DNA from: a virus
Lineage: Duplodnaviria; Heunggongvirae; Uroviricota; Caudoviricetes
Virus record (IMG/VR): IMGVR_UViG_3300032250_000269
Location: 1 to 25,068 of that record
Strand: one strand, 5' to 3'
Length of the DNA: 25,068 nucleotides
A model generated the notes under the pieces. It had not been told where the DNA came from. It saw only the letters and a program-made list of their open reading frames with translations, and searched no databases. The position numbers and the translations under genes were made by a program. Numbering within the stretch: position 1 is the first letter of the stretch; each line of letters opens with the position of its first letter. Shown here piece by piece: positions 8,904 through 16,425 of this stretch.

Positions 8904-9857
8904 ATGAAAAGTATTCTAGTAACAGGTGGAAATGGTTTAATTGCCTCTCAATTCATTCGTCAGGTTTTGAAAGAAACTGATTGGAATGTAACAGCAACAA
9001 TCAATGAAACTTTTAACATTGGTCGCCTATTAGAGATTGCTGAAGAATTTTCAGACGATGATAATGATCGTGTAGTTATAACACGTAAATATAGTCATGG
9101 TCAAAAATTTGACATTATCGTTCATCTGGCTGCTGCTACTGATGTTGGTGAGTCAATTGACAATCCCATGAAACATTTTGAACAGAACGTTGTAGAGACG
9201 GCCAAGATTTTAGAATTTGCTCGTACAATAGAAAATCTTGAAAGCTTTATTTTTGTTAGTAGCAATGAAGTATTTGGACCATCATCCGATGATGTAGATT
9301 ATACTGAACTTGATGCTCTCAATCCACACACACCATATGCTGGTACAAAGGCTGCTGCTGAGCAACTATGTCTTTCATATTATAACACCTACAAACTTCC
9401 TATCAATATCGTTCGTACTATGAATGTGTTTGGTGAACTTCAAAATCCAAATAGATTTTTCTCTGTGTGTGTTGATAAGATTTTGAATGGTGAAGAAATT
9501 TCTGTTTACGACAATCTTCGCACATATATTCATGCACAAGATGTTGCTGATGGTATTATGTTCATTCTAAGGGGTGAATTCTTGTATCCGGCCTTTGAGC
9601 ACGATGGCTGTCCTAGATATCATATTGTTGGGAATCAACAAGTCAATAATCTTTGGGTTGTCAAGGAGTTTGGTAAGGCACTTGGTATTGAACCAAAGTA
9701 TGAGGTTGAATATGCTGGTAGAGTAGGTTATGAAAATCGATACTCTATGTCTGGTGCCAAGCTATATAGTATGGGATGGAAGCCAAAGGCAACTCTCTCA
9801 CAACGAATTGAACAGATGGCCTTATGGTTGAGAGATAATAAAGAAAGGAATATATAA
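8904..9857 (+). CDS. NAD-dependent nucleotide-sugar epimerase/dehydratase (extended SDR, RmlB-like)
   Basis: LVTGGNGLIA, VHLAAATDV, SSNEVFG, catalytic YAGTK, RTMNVFGE, R-x-YIHAQD. Confidence 0.9.
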   Translation: MKSILVTGGNGLIASQFIRQVLKETDWNVTATINETFNIGRLLEIAEEFSDDDNDRVVITRKYSHGQKFDIIVHLAAATDVGESIDNPMKHFEQNVVETAKILEFARTIENLESFIFVSSNEVFGPSSDDVDYTELDALNPHTPYAGTKAAAEQLCLSYYNTYKLPINIVRTMNVFGELQNPNRFFSVCVDKILNGEEISVYDNLRTYIHAQDVADGIMFILRGEFLYPAFEHDGCPRYHIVGNQQVNNLWVVKEFGKALGIEPKYEVEYAGRVGYENRYSMSGAKLYSMGWKPKATLSQRIEQMALWLRDNKERNI

Positions 9858-10369
9858 TGGAATGTTCAGGATTTGGACTACTGGAACTAATCAAAGATAT
9901 TAATAATCCTGTTGGCGTTGAAATCGGCTCTGCTGAAGGAGATACTACAGAATTTCTTTTATCAAATCATTCTTCGCTCAATTTAACATCAATTGATCCT
10001 TATGTTGAATATGTCGATTGGAATGGAAATAATATCGTTCGTAGAGAAACGTCCTTAAATTATCTTACACAAAGATTAGAAAAATTTAAGGATAGGTTTA
10101 AACTAATACAAATGTTTTCTGACGATGCTGTTGATTTGATAGAAGATGAATCTCTAGATTTTATTTTTATCGATGGTCTTCATACTTATGATCAAGTAAC
10201 AAAAGACTGTAATAATTATTACTCAAAGGTAAAAAGTGGTGGCATTTTTGCTGGGCATGACTATCATGTTATAAATGAAGTAGGTAAAGCGGTTGATGAG
10301 TTTGCAGCTAAATTTGGTGTTGAAATCTCTCATACCAAATATGATGTGTGGTATTGGGTAAAGCCATAA
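9857..10369 (+). CDS. Class I SAM-dependent methyltransferase (Methyltransf_24-like)
   Basis: GVEIGSAEG, SIDPY, LDFIFIDGLHTY, KVKSGGIFAGHDY. Confidence 0.9.
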   Translation: MECSGFGLLELIKDINNPVGVEIGSAEGDTTEFLLSNHSSLNLTSIDPYVEYVDWNGNNIVRRETSLNYLTQRLEKFKDRFKLIQMFSDDAVDLIEDESLDFIFIDGLHTYDQVTKDCNNYYSKVKSGGIFAGHDYHVINEVGKAVDEFAAKFGVEISHTKYDVWYWVKP

Positions 10370-10385
10370 TCGATAGGACGTGTAT

Positions 10386-11207
10386 ATGAAGAAATATTAT
10401 TTTTCTGTAGCAACCATTTTTAAAAATGAAAGCTGGGGAATGAAAGAATGGGTAGAGCATTATAAACGTTATGGTGTAGATCATATCTACATGGTAAACG
10501 ATGACAGCGATGACGAGTTTCTTCCTATTCTACAGCCCTTTATAGATGAAGGGTATGTAACTCTATATCATAATGAAATAAAAGAAATGTATGTCGGAAG
10601 ACAAGTTGACATTAACAATCGATATTTTAAAAGAGTTCTAGAAGATACAGAATGGCTTTCTGTTCTTGATATGGATGAGTATCTTTACTGTCCTAAACAA
10701 ACAGATATAAAGAAAATGATCATGAAGTATGATGATGCTAGGATTGGCTATATTGAAGTTAATTGGGCATATTTTACATCAAACGGATATATTGATCAGC
10801 CAAGTAGTGTTGTTGAATCTTTTATTATGAGAGTACCGTATAATGCTACCGTATACGCTCGTGCACCTCATATGCAATATCCTGAACATATCGGTTCTAA
10901 CGGACCAAAAGTAATATTTAATACAAAATATATTGTCAATTCTATTGATGTTCATAGTATCAATATTAATGCAAATCGTGTGAATGGTTCTTTTATTTCT
11001 AATGAAAACGATCCAGATTTTATAATCAATCATTACCAGCTACAGTCAAGAGAGTATTGGGAAAAGATAAAAATGCATCGTGGAGATGTTAATCATTGGT
11101 TTCGTGGTAATATAAGAAATTTTGAATTATTTGAAGCATTTGATAAAATTGGAACAGTAGAAGACACTAGATTAAGAGACATGAACACAAAGCTCAACTA
11201 TGAATAA
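10386..11207 (+). CDS. GT92/GT2-like glycosyltransferase
   Basis: VATIFKNE..MKEWVEHY..YGVDHIYMVNDDSDD, WLSVLDMDEYLY, INHYQLQS. ATG 10386 has an AGGA RBS. Confidence 0.8.
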   Translation: MKKYYFSVATIFKNESWGMKEWVEHYKRYGVDHIYMVNDDSDDEFLPILQPFIDEGYVTLYHNEIKEMYVGRQVDINNRYFKRVLEDTEWLSVLDMDEYLYCPKQTDIKKMIMKYDDARIGYIEVNWAYFTSNGYIDQPSSVVESFIMRVPYNATVYARAPHMQYPEHIGSNGPKVIFNTKYIVNSIDVHSININANRVNGSFISNENDPDFIINHYQLQSREYWEKIKMHRGDVNHWFRGNIRNFELFEAFDKIGTVEDTRLRDMNTKLNYE

Positions 11208-11865
11208 AAATATTTTTATTATAACATCAGCACTTAAGCCTCGTATAGGTGTCTTTTCACACGAAGAAAGATACAACCAGACTATAAACTGCTTGGAAGA
11301 TTTGAGGCTTAAGCTGCCAGATGAATTTTTAATATTAGCAGATTGTTCTGTGTTTTCGTTGTCTGAAGAAGAAAAGTTAGAACTCAGTTCTAAAGTAGAT
11401 TTGTTCTTAGACCTCTCTACATGCGAAAAAACTCTAGAATATTCAAAAATGGGGTTAAAGAGCCATGCTGAAAATTCTCTTTTATATACAGTATTAACAA
11501 AAATAAAAGATGAGAGTTTTTTTAAAAATTCCAAGAGAGTTTTTAAGATTTCTGCCAGATCATGGCTAACAGAACAATTTACTTTAAGCGACTATGAGGA
11601 TACATATGGAAAATATGTATTTAAAAAAAGAATATTGTCATGGATGAATAACTCTACGTACCTTTTTGTTACTAGATTATATTCATTTTGTTCTTCGTTG
11701 GTTGAAGAATATCTAGAAATAATTCAAAAAAATGAAGGTATGTTATCTTATCTTGACACAGAGCACATACATTTTATTAATGTTCCTCAAGATAAGCTAA
11801 TAGAACTTGACAATATTCATTGTTGGGGATATCTTGCATCAAACGGTACAACAGAATATTATTAA
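11200..11865 (+). CDS. Hypothetical protein, probably glycosyltransferase-related
   Basis: IITSA..ERYNQT and FKISAR pattern recalled from glycan clusters; sits between a GT and an MTase. Confidence 0.6.
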   Translation: MNKNIFIITSALKPRIGVFSHEERYNQTINCLEDLRLKLPDEFLILADCSVFSLSEEEKLELSSKVDLFLDLSTCEKTLEYSKMGLKSHAENSLLYTVLTKIKDESFFKNSKRVFKISARSWLTEQFTLSDYEDTYGKYVFKKRILSWMNNSTYLFVTRLYSFCSSLVEEYLEIIQKNEGMLSYLDTEHIHFINVPQDKLIELDNIHCWGYLASNGTTEYY

Positions 11866-11881
11866 GATAAAGGGAATTGAG

Positions 11882-12532
11882 ATGAGTTTAAAAGACATTA
11901 TGCTAAATGATCTTACAATGCATTCCATAAAATGGAATCCTTATTTTGACATATATGAAAAGTATTTTTCTAAATTTGTTGGTAAAGCTCCTGTGATTGT
12001 TGAAATCGGCGTTCATGGAGGTGGAAGCTTGCAGTTATGGAGGAAGTATTTTGGTCCTGATGCAATAGTAATCGGCATTGATATCAACTCAAATGTTCTA
12101 AATTATTCATATGATGAAAACACACACGTTATAATTGGTGATCAAGGAAATCCACAATTTTGGGATGAGTTTGTCAAACAATTTCCAAAAATTGATATTG
12201 TGGTGGATGACGGCAGTCATATTGGGAAACATCAAATCACCACATTTGAAAAGCTGTTCCCATTTGTATCAGAAGGTGGTATATATCTATGTGAGGACAC
12301 GCATACCAGTTGGTATTATGATACTCACAACTCTTATGAAGACAGCTTTATTCGCTATACAAAAGACCTGATCGATGTTATGCACAAAAATCATATGAAG
12401 GAAACTCCAAGACTAATTGACTTATCCGATCTTTGTAGTAATATTCGATCAATTAATTTTTCAGATAGTATTGTTGTGTTTGAAAAAGAAAAGCCAATTG
12501 AATTCTATCTTATAGATGTTCCTAATAGATAA
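11882..12532 (+). CDS. Class I SAM-dependent methyltransferase (sugar O-methyltransferase-like)
   Basis: KWNPYFDIYEKYF, VEIGVHGGGSLQLWRKYF, GIDIN, DIVVDDGSH, GGIYLCEDTHTS. Start at MSLKD after GGGA. Confidence 0.88.
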   Translation: MSLKDIMLNDLTMHSIKWNPYFDIYEKYFSKFVGKAPVIVEIGVHGGGSLQLWRKYFGPDAIVIGIDINSNVLNYSYDENTHVIIGDQGNPQFWDEFVKQFPKIDIVVDDGSHIGKHQITTFEKLFPFVSEGGIYLCEDTHTSWYYDTHNSYEDSFIRYTKDLIDVMHKNHMKETPRLIDLSDLCSNIRSINFSDSIVVFEKEKPIEFYLIDVPNR

Positions 12533-12543
12533 GGAGATAAAAA

Positions 12544-13101
12544 ATTAATATTTTTTATATTGATGAAGACCCACGCCAATGTGCAGAGTGGATGGTTGAT
12601 CGTCACACATATAAGATGATTCTTGAAACTGCACAACTGCTATCAACCGCTCATCGTGTTCTCGATGGTAAGGAAACAATTTTAGAAGGATGGGTCGATG
12701 AGTTTGGTATCAAGCATAAAAAGTCTAAGCACTGGATTCTTGATGATGGGCGCAATGATATACTTTATCGTGCTACTCATATCAATCATCCCTCTGCTGT
12801 ATGGGTCCGCAATTCTGTTGAAAATTATCTCTGGCTTGTGGAACATCTATTCGCTCTTGGTGACGAATATCGTTATAGGTATGAAAAGCCACAACACCAT
12901 GCCTCAATAATTAAAATGGGGTATGAGCTTCAGGCACCTCCATACAATCTAAAAGAATGGGAATGGACACCAATACCATGCTGTATGCCAGACTGTTACA
13001 AAACCTCTGACAATCCTGTGATCAATTATAGGAATTATTACAGGGAAGGTAAGAAGCACCTTCATTCTTGGAAGAAAAGAGACAAGCCTGAATGGATTTA
13101 A
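12544..13101 (+). CDS. DenV-like pyrimidine-dimer DNA glycosylase family protein, probable ATT start
   Basis: Frame is open from ATT 12544: (M)NIFYIDEDPRQCAEWMVDRHTYKMILETAQLLSTAH; YRATHINHPSAVW; D-x-H-x6-E spacing as in DenV. AGGAG lies 7 nt upstream of ATT. Confidence 0.75.
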   Translation: MNIFYIDEDPRQCAEWMVDRHTYKMILETAQLLSTAHRVLDGKETILEGWVDEFGIKHKKSKHWILDDGRNDILYRATHINHPSAVWVRNSVENYLWLVEHLFALGDEYRYRYEKPQHHASIIKMGYELQAPPYNLKEWEWTPIPCCMPDCYKTSDNPVINYRNYYREGKKHLHSWKKRDKPEWI

Positions 13102-13105
13102 CTTG

Positions 13106-13129
13106 AACCCCGCTTCGGCGGGGTTTTTT
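13106..13129 (+). terminator. Rho-independent terminator with cUUCGg loop
   Basis: AACCCCGC-TTCG-GCGGGGTT followed by a T-run. Confidence 0.92.
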
Positions 13130-13133
13130 CTTG

Positions 13134-13141
13134 TATAAATA
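13134..13141 (+). promoter_or_regulatory. T4-type late promoter
   Basis: Exact TATAAATA immediately after the terminator. Confidence 0.85.
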
Positions 13142-13167
13142 GTTCTATGAATAACAAGAGGACTATC

Positions 13168-13590
13168 ATGACTAATTGGATAAAAAACAAGTTTGAGAAT
13201 GAAATTAAAAGTTTCATGGTTATTACAGATAAAGTTGTGTCTAATATAAGTCAAAAAGAGATTAAAAAGAAGATTGTTGATCAGATGATTGACGATTTAA
13301 AAAAGAAATATAACTCTAAAAATCTTCAAGACCTTAGACCAATTACATGGAGAAGTCTTGAAGGAAGCCAATCGTGGAACGCAGACACCATGGTGAATAT
13401 ACAAAAATCTCTTAGAAATGCAGATGAAATTAAAAAAATATATCAATCAATTTATAATATGGTATCCAACAAATCAGTTAATGCTCCAATCATCATGATG
13501 CAGAATAATATTGGTATGCTCATATCAGGAGAGCATACTCTTATGGCATGTAGACTTTTAAACATTCAACCAAAGGTAATAATGATATGA
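13168..13590 (+). CDS. Hypothetical protein with degenerate ParB/Srx-like C-terminus
   Basis: ATG 13168 after GAGGA (13147 is too close to the promoter). APIIM...MLISGEHTLMAC.LL resembles ParB-N PIIV...DGxHRxxA. Confidence 0.6.
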   Translation: MTNWIKNKFENEIKSFMVITDKVVSNISQKEIKKKIVDQMIDDLKKKYNSKNLQDLRPITWRSLEGSQSWNADTMVNIQKSLRNADEIKKIYQSIYNMVSNKSVNAPIIMMQNNIGMLISGEHTLMACRLLNIQPKVIMI

Positions 13591-14021
13591 AAACCCTTAA
13601 ACAATTTCTAGACGAAGCTGAAACAACAAAGGTAACTATGTTTAATCGTGATTTGGATAATGATGAAATTGAAACGGGTGCTACTGTCAGTAGATATGGT
13701 AGACCAATGGAACGAGAGCATTCACAGGATAAAGTGAAGATGATACCATTGAATAGAACGATTCGTCACGAGACACCAGAAAAAACAGCACGTAATACAG
13801 CTACACCTGAAAGTGAAAAAGCAGTACAGGGTATTATGTCTGATATCAAGAAGAAAAAGGATATTGAGCCGATTCTAGTGCGTAGGAAAAAAGGTGGTAC
13901 TTATCAAATAATGGATGGTCATCATCGTCTTGAAGCACATCTGAGAATGGGATTAAGACATATTCCGGCGAGAGTAATAGACGCTAAGAATGTCAAATAT
14001 GATGGCACTGAAGAGAAATAA
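13587..14021 (+). CDS. ParB/Srx-like domain protein with a capsid-targeting-sequence-like N-terminus
   Basis: IEPILVRR...YQIMDGHHRLEAHLRMGLRHIPARV; N-terminus MKTLKQFLDEA. Confidence 0.8.
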   Translation: MKTLKQFLDEAETTKVTMFNRDLDNDEIETGATVSRYGRPMEREHSQDKVKMIPLNRTIRHETPEKTARNTATPESEKAVQGIMSDIKKKKDIEPILVRRKKGGTYQIMDGHHRLEAHLRMGLRHIPARVIDAKNVKYDGTEEK

Positions 14022-14033
14022 GGTTATTAAATA

Positions 14034-15890
14034 ATGGCACAGTATAACGCTAATACATCATCATTTCTAGGACAAGCAAAGTCGCTCTTTGAAATTAATA
14101 TGCTTGCTACTGAAAGTGGACTGCCTGTTACTAATACTAATCCACTACCCGTTACACTAGGTTCTGAAAATATTACAATTACAGGTAATGTGAATGTTGG
14201 TACTACAGTTGAAGTATCAAGTACACCTGAAAATCCAGTACACAATCACATTACTGAAGTCGGTACAAGTGGTGCACTAGCAGTTTCATATATGCCTATT
14301 GGTGGAAATGTAGTTGTTACATCTGGTTCTGTTAATGTAGGTAATTTTCCAGCATCGCAGAATGTTATTGTTACAAATACAACACTAGCAGCCAACGTTG
14401 TCGGAGTCGTTAATGTAGGTAATATACCTGCATCACAGAATGTCGTAGTCACATCAATTAATTCTGGTAATCTTTCTATCTACTCTGGTAATGTTACTGT
14501 GAGTGGATCGGTTAATGTAGGTAATATACCTACCACACAAAATGTTTTCATCACTAATACTATTCTTGCTGCTAATGTAACTGGTGTTGTCAATGTAGGT
14601 AATATTCCTGCTAGTCAAAATGTAGTTGTTACATCTGGTAATGTTGCTGTTACTGGTATAGTGAACGTTGGTAACATTCCCGCCTCTCAGAATGTTGTTG
14701 TAACATCAGGTAATTTTGCATTTGATCCTGTAGCATCAGATGCGTTTGGTAGACACAGAGTATCATTACCGCTAACTCTATTTGATTCTTCTCATCGATA
14801 CAAAGACAATGGATTATGGAGTACATCTAATACTTCTGGTACTACCTATGAGTTTAGACCTAATGAAGGTTTAGTAAATCTTAATCTTCCCACAACAGCA
14901 AATGCAGAAATCATTCGAGAGACTAATAAAGTATTTGCATATCAACCCGGTAAATCACTTCTTGTTCTTAATACATTTGTCCCAGAACCACCAAAGCCAA
15001 ATCTTCGTCAGCGTATAGGTTATTTTGGTGCACAAAATGGAATCTATTATGAGCTAGAAGGAAATACGGCATACTTTGTAGAAAGATCGTATGTCACAGG
15101 TTCTGTAGTAGAAACACGAGTAGCGCAAGCAGATTGGAGTGAAAACACTCTATCCAGTTTTGATAAGAGCAAAGCTCAGATTTTCTGGATGGATATTGAA
15201 TGGCTTGGTCTCGGTACTGTTCGTTGCGGTTTTGTTATTAATGGTAAGTTTATTCACTGTCATTCGTTCCACCATGCTAATTTAATTACTTCGACTTATA
15301 TTACTACAGCATCACTGCCTGTTCGTTATGAAATTAAAAATACAGGCACAACTGCAAGCGTTTCTACTATGAAGCAAATTTGCTCGTCTGTAATCTCTGA
15401 AGGTGGGTATGAACTGAGAGGTATTCAACAAGCAGTTGGCACCGCTATTACTGCCCCAAAAACTCTTGCAACTGCTGGTACGTTTTATCCTGTCGTTGCT
15501 TTAAGGTTAAAATCAACGGCATTAGATGCTATCGTTATTCCTACTGCCATCTCTATTTTAGGTGTTGGTGATTCTACATATAATTGGCAGATTAGATCAA
15601 ATCTGACTACTACTGCTGGTTCATGGGTAAGTGCTGGTGCAGATAGCTCAGTCGAATACAATTTAACTGGAACTGGTATTACTGGTGGTAGAATATTGGC
15701 CAGTGGCTATCTTGATAGCTCTAAAAACAATATTGCGGGTATTGATATTTTGAAAGAAGCACTGTTTAAGTTTCAAATGGAAAGAAACGGTTTAACTGGT
15801 ACATCATTTGAAATTGCTATTGTTATTACAGCAGCCAATGATAACCGTACTGTACATGCTTCAATGGATTGGGAAGAAATTTCTAGGTAA
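14034..15890 (+). CDS. Putative virion structural protein with internal repeats
   Basis: Gly/Thr/Val/Asn-rich and beta-prone; DAFGRHRVSLPLTLFDSSHRY, YQPGKS and DIEWLGLGTVRCGF recalled from T4-like structural proteins; late context. Confidence 0.7.
   Translation: MAQYNANTSSFLGQAKSLFEINMLATESGLPVTNTNPLPVTLGSENITITGNVNVGTTVEVSSTPENPVHNHITEVGTSGALAVSYMPIGGNVVVTSGSVNVGNFPASQNVIVTNTTLAANVVGVVNVGNIPASQNVVVTSINSGNLSIYSGNVTVSGSVNVGNIPTTQNVFITNTILAANVTGVVNVGNIPASQNVVVTSGNVAVTGIVNVGNIPASQNVVVTSGNFAFDPVASDAFGRHRVSLPLTLFDSSHRYKDNGLWSTSNTSGTTYEFRPNEGLVNLNLPTTANAEIIRETNKVFAYQPGKSLLVLNTFVPEPPKPNLRQRIGYFGAQNGIYYELEGNTAYFVERSYVTGSVVETRVAQADWSENTLSSFDKSKAQIFWMDIEWLGLGTVRCGFVINGKFIHCHSFHHANLITSTYITTASLPVRYEIKNTGTTASVSTMKQICSSVISEGGYELRGIQQAVGTAITAPKTLATAGTFYPVVALRLKSTALDAIVIPTAISILGVGDSTYNWQIRSNLTTTAGSWVSAGADSSVEYNLTGTGITGGRILASGYLDSSKNNIAGIDILKEALFKFQMERNGLTGTSFEIAIVITAANDNRTVHASMDWEEISR
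14331..14705 (+). repeat. Five copies of a VNVGN[IF]PxxQNVxxT peptide repeat
   Basis: Read directly from the translation; copies 1-2 and 3-4 form a larger duplicated unit; synonymous codons have diverged. Confidence 0.9.
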
Positions 15891-15901
15891 GGAAAAAAAA
15901 A

Positions 15902-16195
15902 ATGAAAACACTAAAAAATTTCATTTCAGAATGTGTTCTTACAGAACGTGGTGAAGACGATAAAGGACATTATCGTGCAACAGAAGATGGTGCTGGTCTT
16001 ACAAAGAAGGGCGCAGAACACTTTGGTATAAAGACTGCTGTAACAAGAAAGAATGTCGATCCTGACTCTGAGGCAGGAAAACGCCGTAAGTCATTCTGTG
16101 CAAGAATGTCTGGTATGCCCGGTCCTATGAAAGATGAAAAAGGTCGTCCTACACGTAAGGCAATGTCTCTAAAAAGATGGCGTTGTAAAGTTTAA
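15902..16195 (+). CDS. Small basic protein with a capsid-targeting-sequence-like N-terminus
   Basis: Starts MKTLKNFISE; GAGLTKKG, RRKSFCARMSG and SLKRWRC motifs (recalled as DUF6321-like, unverified). Confidence 0.75.
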   Translation: MKTLKNFISECVLTERGEDDKGHYRATEDGAGLTKKGAEHFGIKTAVTRKNVDPDSEAGKRRKSFCARMSGMPGPMKDEKGRPTRKAMSLKRWRCKV

Positions 16196-16199
16196 AAAG

Positions 16200-16207
16200 T
16201 ATAAATA
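16200..16207 (+). promoter_or_regulatory. T4-type late promoter
   Basis: Exact intergenic TATAAATA. Confidence 0.85.
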
Positions 16208-16267
16208 GAAGGTGGTTAAGGCTAAGGCAAACACCCATTTAAACAGATAAGTCCAAGGAAAACTCTG

Positions 16268-16372
16268 ATGGAAATAATAAAAGTAACGCCCTACAACAAA
16301 ATTTCTTCTCCCAATCTAGATGCAGTTGTCGGAGAAATGCGTGTTGCTTTAGTCTTAATCAACGGAATTTAA
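16268..16372 (+). CDS. Small ORF (34 aa) below the ORF-track cutoff
   Basis: MEIIKVTPYNKISSPNLDAVVGEMRVALVLINGI*; AAGGAA RBS 7 nt upstream; downstream of a late promoter. Confidence 0.45.
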   Translation: MEIIKVTPYNKISSPNLDAVVGEMRVALVLINGI

Positions 16373-16379
16373 TAAGAGG

Positions 16380-16409
16380 GCTTCTTGTGTTTTGCAAGAG
16401 GCTTTTTTT
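16380..16409 (+). terminator. Probable intrinsic terminator
   Basis: GCTTCTTGT / GCAAGAGGC stem (two G-U pairs) followed by T7. Confidence 0.65.
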
Positions 16410-16425
16410 GTATATAGAGGAAAAT

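Noticed and set aside
14026-14033. Late-promoter variant ATTAAATA before 14034
   Set aside because: It abuts the ATG, leaving no room for a leader, and has mismatches.
14331-14705. CRISPR-like or DNA-level direct repeat array
   Set aside because: The repeats are conserved at protein level with synonymous changes, stay in frame and have no repeat-spacer structure.
16208-16270. c-di-GMP-I or glycine riboswitch
   Set aside because: Only isolated words match (GGCAAAC, GGAAAACTCT); the required paired elements are missing. Kept only as an unassigned leader.
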